Of a stretch of 64,000 bases of DNA, positions 49,460 to 61,500 are shown in pieces. The translations under genes and the position numbers were made by a program. Origin of the DNA: Zygnema circumcarinatum SAG 698-1b (lineage: Eukaryota > Plantae > Zygnematophyceae); assembly GCA_037447605.1 (NCBI GenBank), contig CM074805.1, positions 2,823,361-2,887,360 of the forward strand, written 5' to 3'. The first letter of the stretch is position 1. The number at the start of each line of letters is the position of its first letter. The notes beneath the pieces are model-generated. The model made no database searches. It was not told the origin of the DNA and saw only the letters and a program-made list of their open reading frames with translations.

Positions 49460-52400
49460 CTATGCTGGAATCGCTGAATTTAAAAAGTCGTCTGAAGTTT
49501 TCTGCATCATCGCCATGAACTCCTCAAAATCGATTTCGCCATTCTGCAGGCCACCGACCAGGAAAATGAAACATATATAAGATAAATAACCGGACAAGAC
49601 TTCAGCCATAGAGGGCTCGATCGCAGAAAACTTAAGGCTCGATCGCAGAAAACTAAGTCACGGAAAAGAGACGACCGCCTTACAAAAGTTATCTGCAATA
49701 GCCAATCCGTGCCGGTATGATTCACAAAAGACCTAACTGATGAGGTCGATCAAAGCAACTTGCCCCGATGTACTACGACAAGGTGCACCATCAAGAAGTG
49801 AGCACCCCCAGCATATGGGCTGGAAAGTGGTCAGACTACTCAGGTGAGGCCTATGTATGCAGCTTTTTCTTCATTGGAGCCCACCCATGGAGTTGAATTT
49901 ACGAACAAGCTTTGAAAACCACAACCATAACAGTATTCATGACCTCTGGACGAACTTCTGCCATCTCAAGGAGGTCCCGAGTTCGAGAAACTCTGACCGC
50001 ACATGAATGTGGTAAGTGTCTCTCTCCAAAGGATTATAACATTATGGACAATCAAAAAACTGTCTGCGAAAGTGTCACCCCTCACCCCGTCCACGTCTGC
50101 CATCCTGATCATTTGTTCAACTTCTCCTGACTCCAACTCATACTCGTCCTCCAATGCTTCTCGCAATTCTTGCAGAGTGATGTACCTGCACAAAGTCAAC
50201 AAAGAGATCTCATGATCACAATGATCAACAACGATATTCACTCTGCATACGCACCTCCCACAGACACAAACATGGACATGCATATTCCATGCCTTTTCAC
50301 TCCTTCCCTTACTCTAACAAATACGAACAGAGACTCTTAAGGAGAATTACATAAGCAACGCCATATCCATCTCTCGTCCGTAGCGCCAATAACTAAGCTC
50401 AAGATTACGCCTTCATCAGATATTTAGGATCAGGAGGTTATCCATGCTCCTCATGTACATGAAGGAATGCAAAAGCTGGGCATCCTATTCACATTCTGCA
50501 TAGAACGAGCTGTACCCATTGTCATCCGCATCGAAGTGATGGAAAGCCCGCGCCATATCTGTCACATTGTACGTTCTTTCAACGCTCAACATGCCAGCCA
50601 AGAACTCGTTATAATCGATGGAACCACCCTTATCCAAATCAAGCTGCGAGGGACATCACGAAACAGAAACTGCTATGTTGCAGTTAAAATGATGTATCTT
50701 CTCTTGACCATACTCCAGTGTTATGGATCCAAGGTCCAAGTAAAGTTTGACAGATTGTCATGTGCTGTTTATGATCCAAGTATGCTCAGCGTGCTTGATT
50801 TAGCATGCATTATCTGTTATGAGTTTAACTTAAGCATTTGAAGACTCTGTTCAGGCTGCACTGCAATCAGGTCCAAACTTGCTTTATTCCAGAGTGAAAA
50901 GGCCAATGCAGAATGTAATGAAGCAAACAAGGAGTGCTTACCACTTCTAGGAGCGTTTCGAGTTCAGTTTCAATCGTGGTCAACCCCACTTTCTCAAAGC
51001 CATCCCTGAGCTCGTGGTAGCTTAGGCTGCCGTCCTTATTTTTATCTAAGGCCTCAAACACGTCTTGAAGCTTTTTCATGTCTTTTTTCGGAAGCCGTTT
51101 TGCTATCACCTGCAACCTCAAACACGCGAAAGGTTAGTCTAGAGACCCAACAAGTACTCCTATCAGGGAAGACAATGCAAAAGGCTGAAACTCCTGAACT
51201 CCTTCTGCGTTAGAATACACAGAGATAGTGTTACTTGCCTGCTTAAAACAATACACTCTCTAAACTTTTGACTCCATACACCATCTCTTAGGCATAGACG
51301 TGAGTTGATTGTGACAAACACAACTCATTGCTGCCATTGTAAATCAGTTTGAGAGCACTGTTCTTACTAGAGAAAGATCACTTCACATGAGCAAGAAAAA
51401 CGAGTCTGTGCATGCATTAGGAAAAAAAATAGCCCTTTCGTGACGGAGACCTAAAAGTACAGGCCGCTACACTGACCGGGCGATTCCATGCCAAATGCTG
51501 ATATAGCATTGCAAAATTACTCTCACTTCTATCACCTGCTATTCAGAGTCGTATTCCATGAAACTAAAGCTCCACTATGCCGAAGTTGTAAAACATAATC
51601 TCACATATAATTGCACCTGAAGCCTGCGATTTGTAATATATGGCCATTGGAGATCATAGCAATGGAGAGAATACCGGTTATCGTAAGTGGTCAAAGCCAA
51701 CTCGTGGTTAGCCATTTCCAGAAATGTGGTGTCCACAACAAATGCAGTTAATTTTTCGTCGTGCATGGACACAAAATCTAGATAATGGGTTCCTGCAAAT
51801 GCCTGTCCCTTTAATAGCTGGACAAAGGAAATGCACCTGGCAGGCCACTCGCTTCATTTTATTCACCGACAAAATCTTTTGCAGCCCTTGGAAAGTTTCT
51901 GGGTCGAGTGGTGTTTCCACCGCTATTGCAGCTTCCTTCAGCCACTCGTGCTCTGCGCAAATGGTGTCAGGCCTAGGCCTAGAAGTGAGCACAACGCAAG
52001 TGGCTAGACACACTTGGAAAGCCCAAGCAAGTAACAATGGAAGTGCTATGCCTCCCATCAGTTGCTACAACAAGTTGCAAGAGAAGGAACTCTGCTGCAA
52101 GGCCACCTTTTAATTACATCCAAATAAACGATAAATTAGGTGTGTTAAAGAAACTAAGAGTCAATGCTCATTCTGATGACTCCGAAGCTGTCGTTCTTCA
52201 ATAAGAGTGGCAGAACCATTTTTTTCTGAAAGTCATGTCTCTGTACACACTAGATACAACATTCCCAAAACTTGAATCCACCATCAGCAGCAGTGGCTTG
52301 TCTATACCATGGCGCAAAAAAGGCTTTAAGATAATTTCTTCTAAGCAAAAAAATAAGCTGTTCAAGAGAAGGTCGTTAGCTCCTCACCCAGTGCTTGCTT

Positions 52401-55400
52401 GGCTGTAATCCGCTTTTGCGGATTTCGACTAAGCAAACTTCTTGTCAGATTTTTTCCTTCTTCTGATACCTTTGACCATGCATTCGAATTAAAGTTGATT
52501 GAGCCTTCGAGGATATGCTGGAAAATATCACAGTCACTATCTGCAGACGGCCCTTAAACGGCCAATTACACCCCAGTGGGCCAGTCAGTGGGTTGAGAAA
52601 TAAGAAGGCTCGAAGGCACCTTTTCTTGCTTGTCCCAAACCTGTGTGCAATGGCCAAACTTGTGTCACAATGCCAAAATCAATTAATGCAAGAGCATTAC
52701 CTCTTGTTCAAATTGGTGGCTAATGGAAGCACGGTACATGCTGACAAAAAACTGTAATGCACTATTACGGTGATTTCTCCCTGACTATCAACCCTTTAAA
52801 AAAGCCTTTCTGACTTTGTAAATACTCGTAAACCGATGCTTACAATGAGATGGATTATTGTATATCTCCCATTCTGCAGCCAAAACCAACTAAACGTCCC
52901 TTTTTCCAGTTTCCTCTAAAACGAAACCCACTAGTCCCCATACACCATGGCCTTCCCACCCCACTTCTCCATTCCCCTCGCCTCTCTCCCACCCACATTC
53001 AATATTCTACAATGCACTCTCTTGCGTATCCTACCCACGTGGACCCCACATTTTTCCTTGTTTCATGTTTTCTCTCTCTCATCAGTTACTACTCAAGAGA
53101 AGAGAACAGAAGAGGCCAATGACACATATGCATCTTATTGCTTGATTTCAATGAAAAAGAGGGGGGTTCAAAGCTTGCCTGCTGCAAAGGGGGGTTCTCC
53201 GGAAAGTAGAATGTGAAGAAAAACGCCACAGCTCCAATTGTCAGCTTCTGAGCTGTACTTTCGATACAAGACCTGCAACACGTGAACAGGGCATTCATGA
53301 GTTGAGCCATAACGATGACATGAGTGCACCTGCAGAGCCAAAACATCATCATCCGGGCCTCACCGCATGCAGACAACGCTTCTCAACTCATCCAAAGTTA
53401 GTCCGGAAAAACCTTTCTTAACAACTTTGAACATGTCAAGAACACTGACCTCTGGTGCCATGTACGTGAGAGAACCAACAAAGTCTTTGAATGTCTCACC
53501 TGCGAACCACAAGTCAAGAACGACGTTAGCACCATAAGGATATAATATGCCTTCAGAATGCCCAAAGCAGCATGCAAAGTACAGAAAAAGACAGACATTT
53601 TCTTCAGCGTTGAAATGTGCATGCACTTTACGCGGGAGGAAACAAGAAAAAATGCCAGCAAACAACTGGGTAGCACATGTGAGGGTATGCTTTATCTACG
53701 CTTTGAAAAAAACGTTTGAGCACAGTCTTCTTAAGAAAAAAAAAAATAATCATCGAACTGAGAAAGCTAATCTACTGGTGCTGCTAATGTAGTCGGCCCG
53801 TACGGCCTGTCAGTGGTCATAAAACCTTGGATATAGAAATTCGTCATTTCATATTTGAAGCCATTTGTATGTATGAATAATATTTCTATGAATCGTTGAA
53901 ACCCCTTAAAAAGGTGAAAAGGCAAAAGATATTTACAGTTCGAAAAAAAAATGCTTGAAAATCAGAACCGATTTTTTAAGAAGAAAATGTGAACTACTCC
54001 ACTCTAATATCTGAGCACTTTCCCAGCGTGCAGACAGAAAGGAAAACTGTTTTAATCCAGCCAAATGCTCGCTATAAATTTTTTTATACCAGAATTCAAA
54101 AGTCAAGTGCGCTGACTCGAGTGCACAACAAAACCGTTGGCGTAAACACCAACCGGAAGGAATGGTAGCATGTTCTAAAAATGTTTCTACAGTACACCTT
54201 TTGCCCATTCAATGAGTTTCTTGCTTTCAGTAATTATGCCTTCACCTCCTACACAACGAATTTTGAGGCTGCTGACAATCATAACGAAGTCAGAATGTAC
54301 TGGTAATTAATGTAGCAGGGCCGCCAATGGTTGCAGCTTTAAACAAGCAATCAGCTCCTCCAGTTTCTGTGCTATCTTTCCGCATAGAACTTGGACAATA
54401 TTCCGGACGAAGCCCTGTGAATTCCTCTTTAAATTGGGCTAGTTTCTAGTTCCTCCACGGTCAAGACTCCTATGGGAGGCAGCAGTTGGGACACGGCCCA
54501 ATCACAGCTAATACTACACCTTTAAAGGACAACAGAACGATTCTTCTTTTGCTTCCTGTCTCTTTCACCTCTTCTCCTCACTTCACTCCTATGCTCCTCG
54601 CCAGACCAACACATTCCCCCCCCACCACCCCCATCTGTCCTTTTTCCGCCCTCTCGTACCTACAACCTCTCCATCCCTTTTTGCCTCACTTTCGAAATCT
54701 CACATCCCCTCCTCCCATTCACCCTCACTCTTCTCACGCACCTCACTATTTTTAATTCCTCACCTTCGACTCCCTCGCAAACGAAACAGGCTCGGTTCCA
54801 GTCGGGTTTGAAATACTTGATCTGTCTACATGTCAAAATAAGCACTATTGGCAAACAGGCAATTGAGGATATACAAAGGCTGAGCTGATCACTCACCGGG
54901 TTTGAAAAACACGGCTTCACTAAAATCGACAAACTTTAAGACAGCATCATGTTTTTTGCTGCTGTACCGAAAGTTCTCCAACTTAATATTCCTGCAAATT
55001 GTCCCATTCCACAAGAGGGTGAGCCTCCTTTGAGCTTGAGACAGCTCCAAGAACTGCCGTCCAGCCTGAACAACTATGTTGCAAAAAAGCTTCCTGTGTC
55101 GTTACAATAATATAGAAACTATGATTTCAAATTATTTTCTTTTCTGTCGCAAATCATAATTTCTTCCAAGGACGAGATGGCGTGCCCATTTTCCCAAGAC
55201 AAGTTGTATCAATGGCTGGAAAGCCCAGCTACAAGTATCTGCCAAACGGGTAAAAAGGACTTTCAGCAGTCACACAACTTAAGCAATGATGCATGACACG
55301 CAGAGGGGCATCGATACTTTTCCAAATTCGAGAATCTCCTTAGCATTCACTTGCCTGAGCATTATTCCGAGAAAGTGACAGGTCTTCACAACTTCCATGA

Positions 55401-56395
55401 TAGACCGAAATATAGAGGCAGCTTGTCTTTCTGTATATGTCCCCCTGCCTACAATCAAGTCCAGAAGCTCATCTCCGGAACACCATTCCAGAATGAGATG
55501 CACGTGATTGCTGTCTTCATACGTTGCTAGGAGGTGCACACAGTTTGCTTGCCCTGCACAGCAAGCAATCTCCGCAGTGATTGAAATGGTTGCATTCCTC
55601 TTCAGCACCCCAATTACCACTTCCAGTATTCAGTTCTGCAGTAGAGTTGAATTGCAAGCATCATTCGCCCCGCATTACAGGACCGCTCCTGCAGGACTGA
55701 AATGCCGCCAGCTAAAGACTCAGAAACTCAGCGAAAAAACAGACTAGAACATGACGGAAATCTATGTAGAAACAAAGACAACGCAGAATAAAGCAAGCCG
55801 AAGGATGCTGCCTGAATCAATAAGTTGGATGATAGCGCAAAACCCAAAAGGCGGAAAAAGAACAAATCATTTCCAAAAGGAAGAATTACAAACACGTGCG
55901 CTGTTTGAAAAAGGGAGAAAGCGACGGCGGACTGTCCAGCTCCTCACCTGTTAAGCAATGCATTATGGCAATTTCTGTTTTCAGCGCGTCCACGTCCTTC
56001 GCCACAAGCAGCTCCTTCTTTGATACGCTCTTGCAGAGCACTCGTTCCGAAGTCCTTCTGTCCATCGCGCTGTGCACAGATCCAAACTTGCATTTTCCAA
56101 ACTTGCGGCCGACCAGATAGTCCTCATGCACGTCCCTGTGGCCCTGCCCTAAAATGTCGGCGATCATAGTCCGTCTGTCCACCTTCTTCCTCTCCTTCCG
56201 AGGCTCTGGAGCTCCTAAGCGACTCATACTCTCCTCCTGCCTTGGCAGGGACTCCGAAAACGACACCGACCTCTTATTGGACGCCTCTTTCGATGTCGCC
56301 AATGCCTTCTTTTCTTGGAAGTAGGAGTCCAGTACTGGCAGCTGCCATCCTGTGAGGAAGGCGAACATGGAGCTTCCTGCCGCCTGCGTAGCCAT
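49460..56395 (-). CDS. CDPK-architecture protein (kinase fold + junction + 4 EF-hands) with degenerate catalytic motifs; predicted pseudokinase
   Basis: Eleven exons from ATG 56395 to TAG 49460. Kinase subdomains CKSVSK, TEIAIM, HLILEWCSGDEL, GSLTYMAPE, EADNWSCGV, RITAKQALEHEWL; junction LDPETFQGLQKILSVNKMKRVACQVIA; EF loops DKNKDGSLSYHE, DLDKGGSIDYNE, DADDNGYITLQE, DVDGNGEIDFEE. The catalytic loop reads LRNIKLEN and DFG reads DFS. Confidence 0.92.
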
Positions 56396-56410
56396 GGCTT
56401 CCCCGCCACC

Positions 56411-56575
56411 TCCTCTCCCTCTCCCTCTCCCTCTCCCTCTCCTCTCCCTCTCCCTCTCCCTCTCCCTCCCTCCTCTCCCTCTCCCTCTCCCTCTCCCTCT
56501 CCCTCTCCCTTCTCCCTCTCCCTTCTCCCTCTCCCTCTCCCTTCTCCCTCTCCCTCGTCTCTCTCCCTCTCTCTC
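56411..56575. repeat. (CTCTCC)n / (GGAGAG)n microsatellite directly upstream of the CDPK-like ATG
   Basis: About 165 bp of ctctcc units with minor variants, ~15 bp from the ATG at 56395. Confidence 0.9.
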
Positions 56576-57442
56576 CGCCTCCGCCGTCCAAAGCCCTTCC
56601 AGCGTCCGTACCCAACGGAGTTTAAGAGGATGTACGGCTTTGTCCGGCGTCCCCTGTCCGTACGTCCGCGATGGAAAGGCCACCGCGCGATCGCCTCGTC
56701 GTCCCGCGAGGAATCGCCGTTGATCTCCAGAAGAGCCAGGTTTAACCAGGCGGCCGCGGCTGGATCCACCACGCGGCTGATTGCCAAATCGATTTGGGAG
56801 CCTCTGATTGGCGGGGTTTACAGGTCCACCTAGTGGACCCGTGACTCAGGCCGCCGGCCGGAGACAACTTTTTGGTCGCTAAGATTCCGCCTGCCAGCTG
56901 GCGTGCCAGATGACCAATCGCCACTGAGTTGGCCCACCAGGTACTCTCCAATCCAGAAGTCGTACCTCCATATCCGGCGGCCCCCCATCCACGAGGTACC
57001 GAGTCAGTGCTGAAGTCCGCGCCCCTGGCCCCGGAGCGCGGTGGAAGATCCGCGACGGCCAGCGACTGACAGCCCCGACAAGTGCTGGAGCGTACGGTCA
57101 AAACAACGTTACGCTGTTCTATTGCAGTTCTGCGTCTTAATCGAAATCTGTCGCGGCACGGAGCGCCGTTTGTCGTTCCAGGCCGGATCCACTCCTAGGC
57201 CTATCGTAGGGGGTACGGACGATACGGCTTTGGCCCTGAACCGCCCAGCGCCGTCAGTCCGATTGATTCGTACGGTACCCTTTGTCGACTCGGGGGCCGA
57301 TTGTCAACGGCCGATTGGATTGACCAAAAATCAACGTTTATGATTGGCAATTGAAGCGCGTACCGTACGGCCTCGCGGCATTGACCACCATTCTTGGATT
57401 TTTGTAATTTGAAGGAAAATTGTTTTGATCGACGGGGACTCC

Positions 57443-57692
57443 CGCCCTCCCTCCTTCCCACTCCCGCCCTCCCTCCCTCCCCTCCCGCCCTCCCTCCCTG
57501 CCTCTCCCACCCTCCCTCCCTCCCTCTCCGATCTCCCTCCCTCCCTCTCCGCCCTCCCTCCCTCCCTCTCCCACCCTCTCTACCTCCCTCCCTCTCTGCC
57601 CTCCCTCCCTGCCTCTCCTGCCCTCCCTCCCTCCCNNNNNNNNNNCCCGCCCTCCCTCCCTCCCTCTCCCGCCCTCCCTCCCTCCCTCTCCC
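57443..57692. repeat. (CCCT)n-rich low-complexity tract containing a 10-N assembly gap
   Basis: Degenerate ccct/ctcc repeats with nnnnnnnnnn near 57636-57645. Confidence 0.9.
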
Positions 57693-58563
57693 GCCAAACG
57701 ACGTAGACTCCAACGGCGGGGGAGAGCCGGGCGAAACCTTGCACTGACGATGTGGTACAGTACCCGATCGGACTGCGAGCACCGCTGGTTCGGTCGAGCC
57801 GTTAGGGATCGCAACCACGCGCGCTGGAAGCCACTCAGCATTCTGTTGTCGGACACAGACCCCACGGCCCACAGCACCTTATGCCCAAATGGAGGTCCAA
57901 GGGCGCGGTTCAGTAAGGTTATTCTCCGTTGCAGAGCGAGTCGGTCGAGTCGAGTTCAACATTATTTTAACTCGAACCGTTGCATTCTCAGTGGCTCTCC
58001 ATTCACAATTTGAGTTATCTAATGAAAAGATGCAAACACGTATATTCCACCACGCGCTGCCATTGGACCGGAGATCAGATCTGGTCCTATGACTCCTGTC
58101 GTCACTCTTCCAATTTTTTTGCCCTGCGGCAATCACCTATTGGTCCTACTCCAAGAGTGTAAGGAAAGCAGGCCGATTGATTGAACCCCACTCCCTGATT
58201 TTCTCGAGCTTATGACCAGTCAGGTTCAATGGAGACCTCACAAACGCCAGACCGAGTTGAACTCAACTCGACTCGCCGCAATGAAGAGTGGCCCGTCCTA
58301 AGGCGAAGGTCTATGCTGACATGTCACGTGCCACGTAGGTCACCTGACACGTGCGGCCAAGTCGGCTCCCTGTGAGTGTCAGCGCAGTACAGTCTCTGGC
58401 ATAGTGCTCGGCCACCCACACGCATGTCCACAAGGCCACACGGGCGCAAGTTTGCGTACAAGCCCACATTGCAAGCCCAACCGAGCAAGTCCCGTCTCAA
58501 AAGGCCCACCACATAATAGCCAACCAGGGCGGTGCATGCTGCAGGCTACAAAACTTCCAGTGT

Positions 58564-61500
58564 TCACTTTTTGGGGTCTTCGAAGAACAGCGGTGGCCGG
58601 CGCCGCTCCTCCTCCTCCGACAGCTCCGCAAAGTCGTGCCATTTTGCGCCCAACTCCCCCACCGGCATCGGCCTGCGAGTGAACGTCTCCACGCCCCGCG
58701 GCGCGTGCACGCACAGCCGCAACCGCCTGCTTTCCGCCGCTAAGGGCTCAGCAGACTCGCCCGCCCTGGCAGGCCGCCTGCCAGCTGGCGCCATCCCCGA
58801 CACTTGGACCCATCCAAGGCCGGATATCGCCACGTCGGCTGTAGGCCTGTCAGGGATTGGCTCGCGGGCAAAGGCAGCTTCAGAAAACGTTGGCAGCAAA
58901 GCAAGACTTGGATTCAAGGCAGTCAAGTCCTGACTGCACGAATTGAGCTCTCCAACAAGCGTTCCCTATCTCAGCTCCTATGTGGGCAAAGCAAGGGTTC
59001 ATCTCCAGTCTCACCTCATCCCCAGGTCGGCCTCCAGCTCCACTATTCGGCGATTGGGCAGACCTTCCCAGATGGCCGCCTCTCCGCCATGGCCAGTAGG
59101 AGGGACGAGGGCCTTCCCAACCTCGTTCTGCAGACATATACGCCCCTCAGCCCTGTTGAGAATCACCAGCAACATATACTTTGATGGCATTTTCTTGTTT
59201 CTCAACTGAAGAATCATGTGCTCCATATCACTGTAAGATTCCTGGAACTTCTGATAATTTAGCGGGATGGCAGCAGTACAAGGTAAGGAACAGAGAGCCC
59301 TGCAAAGACCTTATAGAAAGCGTCCGCCTCGTCTGTCGGCACCGTGAGGATGCGCACAGAGGTCGCCCCAAAGAAGGTGAAGAGCACGGAGGGCGGAGCC
59401 TGGCCCAAAATCTCCCCCCGTACAGCGAGTGTTAGCCAGCAGATTCTCGCAACCAACACTAGCTGAGATCATTCCAAACGATTGCTTCTCTCCCCTCGCC
59501 TGCATTTCCCTAAAGGCAGAGTGCAGACCTGCTTACCAGGGTGCCCCTGATTTCACGCATGCCTATCTTGATATAGAACGCGAACACGCTGCAAATGAGG
59601 CCCTGGACTCACCTCTAGAACATCGATGCGCAGCAGACCACCCCAGAAAATGCTTCGGCCGGCCATTCCCCTTCCACTGCTCGTTGTGTCCGTCTCCTCC
59701 TCTCCGACATCAACCACCCGAGAATCCTGTCTTCCCAAGGACCCTTCCTCAACATCTGCATCTTCTGTGTCCAACAGATTTCTGCTGCCTTTTCCATCAG
59801 TCTTTCCTTCCCTGTGAGGAATCCCCACAATGTCAAAAGGAGACGCAATGTAGCCCCTCAGCCTCCGTCGCGGAGCTAGCAGTGGTAGATCTGGGGGGTC
59901 AACGACAGCTGGCATGCGATGGTGAAGATGAACGCCCGCCGTGTCGAACAAATCCTGAACGGCCGGAAAGAAGCACACAGAGCGTCAGTTACACTCACCC
60001 TTCAACAAATACACAACATATTAAAAAACGGAATAGAATATGAAGACCCTCCCCTGCTCTTGCGCGCAAATCTTTTGAATACAATGCATGTGACAGTACC
60101 GCCGAGCCTGCAAAGGCGGGGATGGCGATGGGCGCGAGGGTGGTCCCCGGCATGGCCGACGCGATGGGCCGCCTCCGCCGCGCTGCTGCGGCTGCAAAGT
60201 CGCGCTGGGCCATGTCCTCTGCGGGACCCCTCAGGCAGAGAGAGGGTCAGAGGGAGGGAGCCTCCAACATGGGGCTTTTCAGAATGCTTCAAACAAGCAG
60301 AGATGGGTTCAGCCATAATGAGGACAACCGCTACTGCTCTGGCGATGCGTTTCCTAGCTCTTTTCTCGCTTGACTAGAGAGTACAACGGGCTATACCACA
60401 GGCATAAGAGTATCCTACACATGGCCGTGAACATCCAGATCCTGATCTTGATGTGAACAGCGACTCGCCTTGTAGCGCTTTCACTTGAACAGTGCTTTAC
60501 CCCTACGCAAAAAGCCCTCGTCTTAACTATATCAGTCATGAACACTACATTGAATAGCTTTGCCATACAATATCAGGTTATCTGAGCTGCTCTCCACGTC
60601 CCGGTGGATGAAACATGAGCACAGCAACCCCGGATTCCTGCTTATGCTTCCACTGGTGGACCCCAGCCATGAAATTCCACTATAGATCCTAATTTTTCTG
60701 ATTCCATACATGGCAACACTCCAATACAGGCTTCTGAAACGACATAACAAACGCTCAAGAAAAGGAGAAAGGCAGTCACTGACTCACCAAGCAGTGCAGA
60801 AATGAATGCCGACTTTCCCACATTTGCCGCGCCCTGCATGCTCCATCCTATCACCCGAGTAAGCAGTGCCAAAGAAACGGTCCATGATCAGAGCATAGCA
60901 CGTTGGAGTGAGCTCACATAGTATTGCTTAAGAAGAAAAAAAAAATTGTGAGGGCCATACTCTCTAAGGGCTGAAAGGTAAAAAAAAAAAAAGGTGAGAA
61001 GGTGAAAAAAAGGTGAAAGAAGCAGCAGACTAACGGATTGCTCACCATAACATAAACATCACGTCCCTTCATTAGCGGAACAGTCCCGATTCCCCGCAGT
61101 CCACCCCAAAAAAGAAAGGAAGGAATGTCAGGGAACGCAAGGCCTGTGTTCTAGTGATCGATAGCTGATGCAAGCAGTCAGCTGAGATGACAAATATCGC
61201 ATAAATTAACAATCACAATAGATTTGGCCCTAGACTTTAGAACCCTTGCGTAAATCCATGAATTTTGCGGACCAGAACCCGCTCACACATTCTACCAATA
61301 CGTGAGAAATGCATCAGACATTCATGCCAGAGCTGCCAGTGTGGATCGAGAGTACGTCCATCAGAAAATGCATCCTTAAATGGGAAACAGTAAAATGCAT
61401 CGCTAGCTCACAAGCGTTCGTAAAAGGATCATAGCACACTCGAGAGTTCAAACCAGATCAATTTCTGCCTTTCTACCTGTCTTTCTCTCATAATGGCGGC

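Noticed and set aside
56224-57877. ORFs rich in GEGE/RGRG/SPSP/LPLP/GREG
   Set aside because: These are translations of (CTCTCC)n and (CCCT)n microsatellites, one spanning an N gap.
57931-58285. Imperfect inverted repeat of CGAGT/GAGTTCAAC units as MITE ends
   Set aside because: Match is under 20 bp with indels and there is no identifiable TSD; too weak.
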